From NCBI GenBank assembly GCA_047967505.1, contig CM106538.1: 64,000 nucleotides of DNA, one strand, 5' to 3'. The translations under genes were made by a program, and so were the position numbers. Positions 47,755 through 61,299 of this stretch are shown here, piece by piece. This DNA is from Dipteris shenzhenensis (Eukaryota). The stretch's first letter is position 1, and each line of letters opens with the position of its first letter. The notes under the pieces were generated by a model. That model ran no database searches, was not told where the DNA came from, and saw only the letters and a program-made list of their open reading frames with translations.

Positions 47755-49333
47755 AAATAGTTTGTTGAATCTCTAAAGAACCGCAGAGGCCATCGAAAAC
47801 CTTCTCCCCCACCCTCCCTGCATATAAAATAACTGGGAACTTATGGCAATACTTTTTCTCTTTAGTTCCAGGTTTGAACTTATGGCAATGAAATCTACTT
47901 TCAAGTAGTTTTTAAATTTGTACACCTTTTCGCTGATCAAAAAATTTTGCAAGTCTGCATAGACATGATGTTGTCGTATAGTATGTATGGCAATTTAATA
48001 AAAGTTCCGAACCCAATAATTTAGACCTCCCAAGTTCACACCAAGCTCCGATGCACTTATGATTACGGGAGTCGTGCCATGCTTTCACGTTTCCAAAGCA
48101 GTTATGACCAACTATTAATCAAGGTTGCTGAGCAGCGATCTTCAGTGTGAATAAGAACCAAAACAGATAAGTTGATTAAAGCGGTTACTGGCCAGAGAAA
48201 ATCAACGAACTTGTTGCAGGATGACCCATCAACATTTACATAGCTTGTGGATGCTTGTTTGATAAAAAAGAGAACACTGCGTAAGCTTTTAGGTTCACTT
48301 AAGGTTAAGGCACTATGTGACATAGGTCACATGTCGCCGCTTGGATCGAACACCGAGTGGGGACCGCTACTGAGTGGGGACCGCAAGACGGCCGTAAAAG
48401 GGGTGTGATAGGCTCCCGCTGATCACCTGCAGGCCTCCCTCGCCGCTTCCCTCCAACCAAAATGTACATAATTTTGGAACCATTTTTCCATTTCCAACAT
48501 TTTTCCCTGGTCAATTTCAGTACTCAAGAAAAAAACCTAGGGTCCGGTAGGCCGCCAAAGCGGAATGAATGAAGAGAGTAATGTATAATATGTTGATTAT
48601 AAATTTACGATGAAGAAAGGATGACAAGCCGGTGTTTGAAAAATACCTGACTATAAACTAAGCTAATAATAGTAGGCCCGACCAAATGGCGTATGTGTTT
48701 AAGCATTCCCTTCTTGCAAACACCTCGGCACACAAATAGAAAAAGAAGAATTTAGAATATGTAAAAGCAAAAGAAAACACATAACTTGAAATGGAAAACA
48801 CATATATATATGTGTGTGTGTGTGTGTATTTTTTATATAACCACACATAGTGTGGATGGGGAGGCGGCGCGCTTCTTTTTCCAAATAGTTATAATCCGAG
48901 GGAATGGGTATCCGAGGGAACGGGCCCTTCCCCGTGCCCTGATGTTGTAATCGTTGAGAATATTAGCACCGAGATTGAGTATCGTGAATATGTAAGAGAA
49001 TCATATATTATCTAAATCTCAATGAGTGTATATGTATTCCAACTCAAGCATCAACCAAATTCTTGTCATGATTTCTTCCGTCATTTTTTGAGTAAATCCT
49101 GTCTCTACCTCCAAAGCGGTTTCTCGATGTGAGCGATGTTGGAGAGAGAGGTCGGTAGAGCCAACATTAGCTAGACGATCCAAAGAGTTGAAGTTTGCGA
49201 AATATATAGATTTAAAGGCCTTCAAAAGTGCTCATGCCTTCCATCAAGAGCTTTTCATCCAAAAGCATGCTTTTCATCAAGTGTTGTAGGCCTTCACATC
49301 AAAATTAAATCCAAGGCTTATATTAGGACACGT

Positions 49334-52300
49334 TGTTGAGATATCGAGCTCCACTCGTGATATGCGAGGGTGACCGTTATGCATTTATGTCACCAACTTG
49401 TTAGCTGCAGATGCGTTTGGTACACCGCCCATGAATAATAGCTGGATGACAGCTATCCTTATGTACTTTAGTTTGTGGTTCAGTTAGTATGCCACCTCAG
49501 TTAGCTGCGTTTGGTTTGAGACCCACATATAGGGTTCTTCTATTTCTTTGTACCAGAGTTCTTTTGGCTTTCACAACTAAGAAGAGGAAAACTGTTTTCA
49601 GCCTCCACCTTTGTGTGTATTCCCCCATTGTGTATGTGACAAAGCCAAAAGTGAGACTCCTTCCTTCTCTCCCACTATCTTCACATGGTATCAGAGCCTG
49701 GTTTGTGGTAAGGAGCTCAAGAAAGCAAACCAAGTTCGCGGTGTCCTGGTAAGAGGACCAGTGTTGCTTTCCTTTTTCGAGTTTGGGAGCAAATCTCTGC
49801 AGGTAGCATAGCCGAAAAGTGCAAGAGTGCATTGTCTTAGATTGAGACGCCCTTCGCGGTGTGGCAAGAGGGCAGTATATGCTGCGGGTGACTTTATTTT
49901 TCTGATTCGAGGCCATTTCGGGGCCCGTTTTGGAGGCGGAAGTTCTCTGCAAGCACTGAGAAAAAGTCCCTGTTTTTGTTGTGTGACCAGTGCTCTACAG
50001 GTCAGTGAAAAGTTGCCGCAGAAATTGCATCGTATGCCTGTGCGCAGAGATATTGGGAGTTACAAAATCATCCTTATTGCCTGTTCATGCAAAATCATCA
50101 CTAGGAAGTGACTGTGTGGTCAAATACCACTTTCGTCAGTTTTGCAGATTTGCCCTTGTGAGGCAGAAGCTGTGTTTTTTGCAGTGACAGAATATTTTGC
50201 ACAGATTGTCACTAAAAAGCTTGACAAGAACAACTTCCAAGCATGGAAGTTTAGAATGACGAATTTCCTTATGGGAAAAGGCTATTGGGAGTTTATTACA
50301 GGAGATGAAGAAGAACCAGTTCTTCCTAATGTTCCCAATCAATAGGAAATGCATGCATTTAAAGGATGGCATGAGAGAGCCAGAAAAGTTATGTACTGGC
50401 TATCTATTAGTATTTCAGATTCTATGATTGTGCATATTCAAGATGCAAGTATGCCAAAGGAGGCATGGGATACTTTGGCAAAAATGTACAGCACAAATAT
50501 GCAAGCCAAGAAAATGCAGCTCAAGCAGAAGTTACACAATGTGCAGAGAGAAAATATGAGCATCAATGACTACCACATGAAAGTGAAGAAGATTGCAAAT
50601 GCACTTGCTTCCATTGGGTCGCCAGTGGAAGATTATGATTTAGTTTCTGTGACCTTGAATGGTCTAGGAAAGGATTATGCACAGTTCTGGACATCCATTG
50701 CCGTCCGTGAAAAATTTTCTGATTTTGAAGAGTTGTTTGCTCTTCTAATTTCTAAAGAGCAAAGAAATGGTGGTGCATCTTCTTAAGGAGGAACTTCAAA
50801 AGAAACTGTCTTCTACTTAAATGCTAGAAGAGGTAGAGGCAGAAGTAGAGTAGGCTAGATCTGGAGGCCATGATAGAAATCAGAATATGCAGCAAACTCA
50901 AGAAAACCAGTCCTATGGAGGAGGACGTGGTAACTCTAGAGGCAAGGGGAGCCAAAGAGGTCATGGTGGATGGCAGAGAGGCCAAAATGCAAATAGCAAT
51001 GTTGAATGCTACTACTGTGGTAAAATGGGTCATATGGCTAAAGACTGCTATAAAAAGCAGAATGACATCATGAATGGAAGATTGTAGCATGGGAATTATG
51101 CATCTTCTAGTAGACAGGGTGATGACAAAAATGAGCATCTGTTTATGGTGCAACACATGACCAATTCTATGACAAGTGTAGAAGAAAGCAATGATGTGTG
51201 GTATGTTGACTCAGGTGCATCAAACCACATGACAGGTCATGCAGAATGGATGCACGATGCAAGGAAAATGGAAAGACCAGGATTTGTGGAGATTGGTGAT
51301 GATACTACACATCCTATCGTGCAGATTGGTAAAATTTCTTTGTCTATGCAGGATGGGAAAAAGAAATACCTGTTTGATGTATTTCATGTCCCAAATATCA
51401 CCAAGAACCTGGTTTCTGTTGGTCAAATGGTTGAGTAGGGCTTGCAGGTCAAATTTAATCCTCATGGATGCTTTGTTGAGGATATGAAAAATAACGGTCG
51501 CTTGATAGCAAAAGGAAAGAAGAAGAGCAGGATGTTTACATTGGATGTGGACATGCCTGAATTGAGTGCAGTAATGTTTGTACATGGGACCGGTGTCATT
51601 GCAGATATTGATATCTGGCATAAACGCATTGGTCATTTTAATGTGCAGCGACTTAAATCAATGCAGGCCCAAAATATTGTTGCAGGATTCCTAAATTCAA
51701 GGTTTCAGAAATGCATAAGGTATGTGAAGCCTGTCAATTTGGAAAACAGGCAAGGAAACCATTTCCTAGACATGTTCAAGAGAGTAAGAAGCCATTGGAA
51801 TTAATCCACTCTGATGTGTGGACTATGAAAGTAGCATCTATTGGAGGCTGTCATTATTTTATCACTTTTATTGATGACTACAGCAAGAAAGTTTGGGTCC
51901 AAGTTGGATCCAAAAGCTGAGAAGTGCATCTTTATTGGTTATTCTTTGCAACAGAAAGGGTATAGATGCTATAACCCTTCTACTCATAAGTTTACAGTGG
52001 GAAAAGATGTTGTTTTTAATGAGATGAGCAGCTGATATAAACCAGTAAATGTGATTGATGATGTAGATGCACAAAATGGTAATGCTGTGCAAAATTCACA
52101 GCAGCAATCACAAAATATTAGTGGACTTGCAGTGTCCTCTAGTAGTGGTTCACATACTTCGCCATGGATAGGCAGATTGAGATCAAGAGAATCTCCTCAA
52201 AGCAATGTAGATAGTGGTATGCAGGTATCACAAAAGGGAAAAGAGAAGGTAGATCAGCCCATGTTTGATGTGAATGCAGGTCACTCTTATGTGGATGGTG

Positions 52301-54413
52301 AATCCAGTGGCTCAGAACAGAGCATTGATGATGAGTTGGGTATTCCCTCTATTGTTACATCTAGAGTAAGGAAGACCAGGGATGTTTTGAGAGCACCTAG
52401 AAGTGAGCCTATTTTGTGCAGGTCTACTAGAGCTAGGTATCCTGTGGATAGGATGAAATATGATGGATTTATAGCCATCCACTATGCCTATATGGTCAAA
52501 GTGATACAGGAACCAAAACCCACTTCTTTTGAGCAAGCGATGGGAAAATAAAAATGGGAGAAAGCGATGGATGAAGAAATGGATGCCTTGGAAGCAAATG
52601 CTACATGGGAATTGGTGCCTTTGCCTAAAGACAAGAATGCAATTGGCTGTAAGTGTGTTAATAAGGTGAAGCACAATGCAGATGGTTCTGTGAATAGATA
52701 CAAGGCAAGATTAGTTGTCAAGGGGTATGCACAGACATATGGCATTGATTATGAAGAAACATTCAGTTCGGTTGCAAGGATGGCAACCGTAAGAGCAGTC
52801 ATTACTATGGCTGCATCAAAGGGATGGTCTTTACATCAAATGGATGTAAAGAATGCCTTCTTGCATGGTGATTTGCAAGAAGAGGTCTTTATGGAGCAGC
52901 CACCAAGTTATGTTCATGCTGTTCATCCTGAGTTTGTTTGCAGGTTGAAGAAAGCCTTGTATGGCTTGAGGCAAGCACCTAGAGCATGGTCTGACAAGAT
53001 AGGACAGTATCTTGTCACTATTGGCTTTCAGATTTCCAAGGCAGATTTCTCACTTTATGTGAGAAAAACAGAGAAAGGTATTATGCTGCTTGTCAATTAT
53101 GTTGATGATTTGATCATCACAGGTGATAGTGATGAAGATATCCTTCAAGTGAAAATGCTATTGAAGTAGAAGTTTGAGATGAAGGATTTGGGAGAGCTGC
53201 GTTATTTCTTGGGCATTGAGGTGATTGATCACCAAGTGGGATATGGCTCTTGCAGAGGCAGTATGGATTGGACATGTTGTCCAAATATGGGATGACAGGC
53301 TATAAGCCTATTTCAGTTCCTTTGGAGCAGAATGTGAAGTTGAGCGCAGATGTAGGTGAGCTTCTGGAAGACCCTACTATGTACAGATGCATAGTAGCAA
53401 GTTTGATTTATATGACTATTACCAAGCCAGATTTGAGCTATGCTGTTGTATTGGTAAGTTTGTTTATGCAGGCTCCAAGGAAATCGCATTTGGATGCGGC
53501 TAGATGCATACTCAGGTATGTGAAGTCCACATTGCAGTATGGATTATTTTATGAGACTGGGGTTCAGATACAGTTGCATGGATACACTGATGCTGATTGG
53601 GCTGGTAGTATTTCTGATAGACGATCTACCAGTGGATATGTGTTCTTTTTTGGGAGTGTTGCAGTCACTTGGAGCAGCAAGAAACAGCCTACAATTGCCT
53701 TGTCAAGCACAGAGGCTGAGTACAGGGGTACAGCAATGGCTGCATGTGAGGTAGCTTGGTTGCATAAGCTACTTTATGATATGCATCAGTCTACAGATGG
53801 GCCAGTTGTCATTTATTGTGACAACATGAGCAGTATACACTTGGGAAATAACCCAGTCTATCATGCTAGAACAAAGCACATTGAGGTGCATTATCACTAT
53901 GTGCAGGAGAACGTTTTACTAGGTCTTATTGATCTAGTATATGTCAGCACAGAGGATCAGGTAGTTGACATATTCACGAAGGCATTGGGCGCAGAGAAGC
54001 TGCGCAAGTTCAGAGACCTACTTGGTGTGCAGGAATCGGGATTGAGCTCGAGGGGGAGTGTTGAGATATTGAGCTCCACTCGTGATATGCCAGGGTGACT
54101 ATTGTGCATTTATGTCACAGACTTGTTAGCTGCAGATGCGATTGATACACCACCCATGAATAATAGCTAGATGACAGCTATCCTTATGTACTCTAGTTCG
54201 TGGCACCTTAGTTAGTATGCCACCTTAGTTAGCTGAGTTTGGTTTGAGACCCACATATAGGGTTCTTCTATTTCTTTGTACCAGAGTTCTTTTGGCTTTC
54301 ACAACTAAGAAGAGGAAAACTATTTTCAGCCTCCACCTTTGTGTGTATTCCCCCATTGTGTATGTGAGAAAGCCACAAGTGAGACTCCTTCCTTCTCTCC
54401 CACTATCTTCACA
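49334..54413 (+). mobile_element. Ty1/copia LTR retrotransposon (copia-4), both LTRs, TSD CACGT, integrase core deleted
   Basis: LTRs 49334-49685 and 54059-54413, PBS 49686-49697, PPT GAGGGGGAG, TSD at 49329-49333 and 54414-54418. Confidence 0.97.
50184..54098 (+). pseudogene. copia-4 gag-pol pseudogene
   Basis: Fragmented gag, CCHC, protease, integrase, RT and RNase H ORFs; ~445-bp deletion near 51898 relative to the 23135-23579 copy. Confidence 0.93.
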
Positions 54414-55153
54414 CACGTGGCTCAAGGAGAGGCCAAGAAACCCAAAATTCCCCATAGGCTGCCTACCATAAACATTTTTTCCCACTTTTCTAACCTATTA
54501 ACCATGGTCAAACAAAAAAACCTAGGTTGGATAGGTTGCCTTTAGACTAGAGAGAGAGACTAATTATGCCATCAACAAAGCACAAACACTAAAAAAAATA
54601 GACAATAACATATCACAAAAAATAAGAGTGATTATGGCCTTTAAATGGATTTTGAGATACATAATGCGTTGAGAGATGGTCATAAACTAAATCCGCTTAT
54701 CATCACATCCTTTGTTCGTCCTTAGCATTCATTCATTCATTGATCACTACCTATATTGTAGAGTCCTCGGCATTTAATTATATTGCTCGCTCCCTATACT
54801 TTAGAGTCCCATTTTTATAGTATCTAGATTGAAATTGCACTTGAATCCTACAATCTAATGACAGGTTTTTTAAGGGAAAAAAAGAATGAGTAAAAATATG
54901 GATGTAAGACACTACATGGAGTTGATTCGGACCCACCAATGCTCCCTCCAAATATCAAAGGTGGTGTTTTGCTTTACTGACTTGGTGAAGTGCAAAGATT
55001 TGTGCATTTTGGGAATTGAAGCCCAACAAATACATGAATAAGGCTAGGCTCACAAGAGCTCATAATTCATCGTTGGTTGCAACCTATATAATATTGTGAC
55101 ATGGACTGTAACCATAAGAATTAGTCATCCTTCAATTTAGATTGAAGCAAGTA

Positions 55154-56970
55154 GTGATCTCCTGGCTGCTCGGTGAGCTCCCCCCTCCACCCGCGATGGC
55201 TTGAAGGCCTATTGTCTGCTGCTCTTGGCTGCTTTGCCTGTTGCCCCTCCTCGCTGCCCTTTTGTCTTGCCTCGCCCTCGCCCCTGCTTCGCCTAGCGTT
55301 CTCCTCCGCCTCTGCTCCACCCTGCCTTCTCCGCTTCACCTACGCCCCACCCTGCCTTCTCCCCATTCCGCCTTGCTCCTTCGGTCCCCCACCCCTTGCT
55401 GCTGCTCCACCGTTGCTCTATCCCTCCTTCTCCTACCTCCTTGCCTCCCAACCTCCCTCCCTTCTTCCTCGCACCTCCTCTCGACCTCCTGCCTCTCTCG
55501 CCAATGTGCCCCTCCTGCCATTCCACCTCCCCCCTCCTCCTTTCTCCTATGCTTCTCTCGCCTCCCTGCCCTAATCCTTCACTCCTTCCTCCTTCTTCTC
55601 TCCCTTCTCCCTCCTTCCTCTCCTCCCCTCTACCTTCCTTGCTACCCTCTCCACCTCTCTCCTCCACCTCTTCACCTCGCCTCGCCTTGACACCCTTCTT
55701 CCTCTCCCTCATTTTCATTTGCCTCCCTACAACAAGAGCATTCATGCTTATTAAGGTGAAAGAAAATCTTGATGGTGACCCTTGGTCTGGCCAAAGGGGC
55801 TCTATGGCAGCATCCTCAAATCCCACAATCGTTAAGGTTCTTCTTTCCTAATTGACAAGCAATGGGTACAGCGATGGCACCACCACCTCCTCCCAAGGAG
55901 AGGTCTAGAGGAGTGGTGGTCCCCGGCAGTAGGATGGAGCAGAGGGGTTTGCATCTCGGTCTCAGACTTTGGCTCTAGAGGTCTACGATCAGGGTGAGCT
56001 TCAGGACGGGTAGTTTGGCTAGGAGTCAGGATGTGGGAGAGTCCAAAATTGGGATCCTAAACATGTATGCCCCAGCGTGCAGACAACATCACCTAGCCTT
56101 TTGGAGGAGGTTAATAGAGAGTCTTCCGGATTTAGACTCCTAGATTGTTGGAGGGGACTTCAACAACCTAGAGTTTGGGAAAGACAAGCAAGGCAGTGCC
56201 TCATTATCTAAGATGCCATCAGCAGAGCATTGGGAGCATTTCATTTTATGATCAGTGTGGCAGATACCCATGGCAAGAGCCAGATTTTAGCAAGATACCT
56301 GGCAACCTCCTATTCTCTTTCGGACAGAGGAGACATGATGGACTGCTTAAGAGATAGACCGTTCCTACGTTGGGGACTGGTCACTTCATAGAGGTGGCTC
56401 TATCAGGATTCTGGCATGTACGACGATGTCAGACCACTCTCCCATAGTACTTCACTTAGATTAGCACCGCCGAGGTCTCCCCTAGAAAGGGGTATGCATT
56501 CTAGAGAACCTTTTGTAGGATGAGGACATCCAACAAGCCATGGCAGGGATTTGGGAGTAGTTAGAGATGACATCGGGCGAGGGCTGGGCTTCGTGGGTGG
56601 CTAATGAGATCCAGAGGAGCTCATGCCCTTAGGTGGAGGAGGATGCTTCAGGATCGTGAGTGGGCTGACCTCGCCTCCATAAAGCGGCTCAAGGAGTAGG
56701 ACCCAGATTCTCATTGGCTTAGGGATAGTAGGCTCAAGAGTACTCACCTTGAGATTCAAGACATGGAGATTCAGAAGGCTGAGTTCTCTTATCACTCTTC
56801 CTGGGACCGGTGGGTACATCAAGGGGACAAGATGACAAAGCAGTTCTTTCAGACCACTGGACCCGTTTGGCACGCACACAGTTGTAGCACCTTTGGGATC
56901 CACAGGGCATCATGCACATTGACTCGCAGGAGATATTAGACCTAACCATAGGATTTACATCCAACTTTTA
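55154..56970 (+). mobile_element. L1-type LINE, 5' half (C/T-rich 5' region plus APE endonuclease remnant)
   Basis: KIGILNMYAP, IVGGDFNN, IDRSYV and SDHSPIVL endonuclease motifs; preceded by GATTGAAGCAAGTA (55140-55153). Confidence 0.85.
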
Positions 56971-56974
56971 GAAA

Positions 56975-57945
56975 AAAAAAGAAAGGTATTATGCTGCTTG
57001 TCATTATGTTGATGATTTGATCATCACAGGTGATAGTGATGAAGATATCCTTCATGTGAAAATTCTATTGAAGCAGAAGTTTGAGATGAAGGATTTGGGA
57101 GAGCTGCGTTACTTCTTAAGCATTGAGGTGATTAGATCCACAAGTGGGATATGGCTCTTGCAGAGGCAGTATGGATTGAACATGCTGTCCAAATATGGGA
57201 TGATAGGCTGTAAGCCTATTTCAGTTCTTTTGGAAAAAAATATGAAGCTGAGCGCAGATGCAGGTGAGCTTCTGGAAGACCCTACTATGTATAGACACAT
57301 AGTAGGAAGTTTGATTTATATGACTATTACTAGGCCAGATTTGAGCTATGTTGTTGGTTTGGTAAGTCTGTTTATGCAAGCTCCAAGGAAACTGCATTTG
57401 GATGCAGCTAGATGCATACTAAGGTATGTGAAGTCCACATCGCAGTATGGACTATTTTATGAGACTGGGGTTCAGATACAGTTGCATGGATACACTGATG
57501 TTGATTGAGCTAGTAGTATTTCTGATAGACGATCTACAAGTGGATATATGTTCTCTTTTGGGAGTGCTGTAGTCACTTGGAGGAGCAAGAAATAGCCTAT
57601 AGTTGCCTTGTCAAGCACAGAGGCTGAGTACAGGGTGCAGCAATGGCTGCATGTGAGGTAGCTTGGTGGCATAAGCTACTTTATGATATGCATCAGTCTA
57701 CAGATGGGCCAGTTGTCATTTATTATGACAACATGAGCAGTATACACTTGGTAAATAACCTATTCTATCATGCTGGAACAAAGCACATTGAGGTGCATTA
57801 TCACTATGTGTGGGAGAAGGTTCTAGTAGGTTTTATTGATCTACTTTATGTCAGCATAGAGGATCAGGCAGCTGACATATTCACGAAGGCATTGGGCGCA
57901 GAGAAGCTGCGCAAGTTTAGAGACCTGCTTGGTGTGTAGGAATTG
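56975..57945 (+). mobile_element. copia-4-family RT/RNase H fragment without LTR
   Basis: Matches ~53065-54030; ORFs 57017-57508 and 57643-57939. Confidence 0.92.
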
Positions 57946-58269
57946 CAGATTTGGTTTTCTATTTGTCATATGGATTTTCAATTTGGTACATATTTCACAA
58001 GTACTTCATTTCGTTTCTTGGTTATAATATAAATAATAATATCTTTCAATATGTTCTTTTGGTTTAAATTACATTTCTATACCATCAGTGATGAGATGAA
58101 ATCTTAGGGTGACTTTGTGGATGTAAAATATTTCTTGCAATCTTTAAAATAAATTTCATTATCTAGCATGTGTTTTGAAGATGACATTCATGCGTGTTCA
58201 AGTTTGAAAGCCTAAGTATATGTATCTAGTTCATCTTAAATAGTTGCATTGCATAAATTAGTGCCCTTT

Positions 58270-59400
58270 TGTACAATCGATTGTTTTTGGAGATTGACCA
58301 TACATCAAACATGTATTTCTTTTTTCCATCCTGCATAGACAAAGGAATTTTACCAATCTATAGACACATTTATGGGGTCAAAGCCTATTGTGTATTTGAC
58401 CCACACATGCAAAGAATGATATATTACTGCAAAGTGGTCTTCAAAGAGCTAGGTCATTTTAGTCTCATCAGGGATGCATGCAACAATGAGGGTAGAAAAT
58501 GACTAAAATGAAACACTTTCAGAGCCACAAAACCATACAAACATCCTCAATAATGAAGTGGTATCCATTTAAGAAATGCATGGTGATTGAGCCTTTGCCA
58601 ATAGTTTGAATGGGACTATTATTTACTACGTAGACCTAGAGAGTTTAGGGACTGCTGGAATTAGTTGAACCACGAACAGTTTGACATCATGTGACATGTC
58701 ACATCTATGTCTAGATACCATACTGAAGGTAGTTTCAAGTTGGGAGAATTTGGATTCATTGCTGGGAGGATATGACGAACAAGTAACAATGTTTTTGTCC
58801 TCTATTCCATCTTCATGGAGAGCCCTTATAACAACACAAAGTGGTTTGGCCCAATTGATATTGCCATCTTTACTTGAAAATATTCTTCAAGAATATGCTA
58901 TGAGAAATCATAGGGATCCCTCCTGAAACAATCAAGCCATACCCCACTTCCCTGTTCATGCAAAGCAAACAAAATTGGTTTGATCGAGAGAATAGGTGAA
59001 ACTTCAATTGACAAATTTACTCAACAATCCTATCCATTAACTGCATATACTTCCAAATCCTATGTCGGCCTTGCCTTCTTCAGCCAACAAGAAATCAACT
59101 TGGAAGACCTTTAACACCAACAATAAACATCAAGTGAATTGGCAACCAAGAACTTTCATCAAGAACACCGTTGGCTCAGACAAACAAGGCAAATAGAGAT
59201 CCCACCCTTTGTTTGTTATACACAACAATATTTCTAGATTCTTCCAACATGACAATGCCTTTAGTATGGTATCTCAACAACACATCACATGATGTCAAAC
59301 TGCCATTTGTGGTTCAATGAATTCCAACAATTCCTTGAACCCCTACCATGGAGATAATAGTTCAATTCAATAGTCATCATGCATTTGTTAAATGGCCAAC
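58270..59400 (+). pseudogene. Very old copia remnants (integrase-tail-like and gag-like)
   Basis: GVKAYCVFDP...VVFKE and FLSSIPSSWRALITT...ILQE motifs. Confidence 0.5.
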
Positions 59401-61299
59401 ACTTCATTCTTGTTGTGTAGTCTCTATGGTGACTCATGTGTCATGGAGCCTCCACTCCAAGCTACTCCTTGTGAGAGCAATGTAAAACATGAGCCATCTG
59501 CATGTGTCACTCAAGCGGCTCCCCAATTGTTGCAATGTGTTTCCACAAGATAAAGAGGGAAAGGGGAGAAGAGAGAAGAGAGGGAGAAGGGGAGGAGAAG
59601 AGGATAATGAATGGGGATGGAGTGGAAAACACAAATTCACTACAAAGGAAAGAAGAGAACACCCAAAAACACTCTTGGAAGAGAAGAGGGAGCTTGTATT
59701 CCAAACTTGTGCATCCAACAATGAAGACCAAGTCAACCACTTGGCCTTTTATACATGTCACCTTTTGAAGGGAGGGAAAACCCTAATCTCTTTATACCAC
59801 TCTCTCCTTTCACTCTTTTACCATCCTCTTGGGCCCATCTAGCTCCAAGACACAATCCTAGCTCTACGAACTTGCCACTATCCATTAAATCCAACGGTGG
59901 CATATTGTTAACCAATCGGATAACATGCCCCTTTTCCTGTTGATCTTGATCTAGTCCTCCCGATCGTGCAACATTCATGGTTGTTGAAGTGTTTTTAATG
60001 AATATCATGCAAAGTAGTCTTTCTTGTGCACTGGTCTGAATCTTCTTTTGATCCATTGTAGAAGAGGGATGTAGTGGATCCTTGTTATGGAATAATTTCT
60101 AGAAGTATGGATGAGTGATTCTTCTAGAACTAGCACCTCAGGGTTTGAGTGAGCCGAGTTGAGTAACTGTGACCATTCAAAGAAGGAATAAGAAAAAGAA
60201 AAAGAAAAAGAAAAATCTAAGGGGTAAGTTATTAGTAGGGAGAAGGTGTTAGTAGGGATTGATGTAAGGTCCTAGTGGTGTTAGTGTTACTAGAGTAAGT
60301 AAAGTGCATTCTCATGCTCCTCTTAGGTCCCAAATTTTATTTGAGTGGTACTTCTAATGGATTCTCATCAAACTATGTCTTTGACATGCCATGTTTGAAC
60401 ATCCGGAGTTGTGCATGACAATTTATCTTGCTTCTCTACATTGAAATTCCTTTAAGATCCATTTCATGGATTACATTTCATTGAGGGCTTTGCTTGGAAG
60501 TATTTGAGCCCAATAAGGTTGTGGCACCATCTAGAGCTTTATTTGTCTAAGTCATCAAATCAAGAGGAGTCTGATAATTCACCATACAAACCCCTAAAAT
60601 GAGGACTATGGCTGAAGATGTTTATAAAAGGAAGTTTCTAGGACTAAAAGAAAAGAGGATGAGTAGAAGTTAGATAGTTAATGGTGATGTTAGTATAGGA
60701 ATGTGAAAAAGGCTTTAAGAGTCACAAGAAACTCATTTAAACCCATATTGGCATAATCACCTTCACTCTGGAAGTGAATGCATCCTCGAGAGCTACTTGT
60801 GGAGAACCACTTGTCATTCCATGTGTGAACTCAAATTCAAGACCCTGATGACTTAGGCATAAGTCAGTACCCTGTTCTAGTTTGGCTATGCTGATGGGAT
60901 TTGTTGTTGATATTGATTGGTGTATTGACTTTCCGTAGTGTTTGTAGCTTATCCTCTCGTCCAAGGAGCCCTTGGGCTGGCTAACATAGTTGTGATTTGC
61001 TAAGTGTGCTACGCTGAGGACCTGAAACTGACCACCTATTTCACCTAGTCCTATTTTCACCTAGGACTTCCACATGTGAGCAGAGAGGTAGGACTTGCAC
61101 ATGTTATAACTTTATTTCTCTTTATGGACACACCTAGACCTAGCACTTGGAACTTAGTTCCTATTCACCTAAATGGCCTAAGTACCTATGAGTACATCAG
61201 AAGGGGAGTGCAATGACATATGTCAATGACCAATTGTGAACCAGACCTAGCAAGAACATCATTTTGTAGACCACCGAAGGAATATGAATTATATAGCTA

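Noticed and set aside
54515-54550. Possible Helitron 3' end (small hairpin followed by CTAG)
   Set aside because: Hairpin is weak and AT-rich, CTAG is not followed by T, and no matching 5' end was identified
55121-55851. Several overlapping Pro/Leu- or Gly/Arg-rich ORFs
   Set aside because: Low-complexity C/T tract at the LINE 5' end that lacks stops by composition
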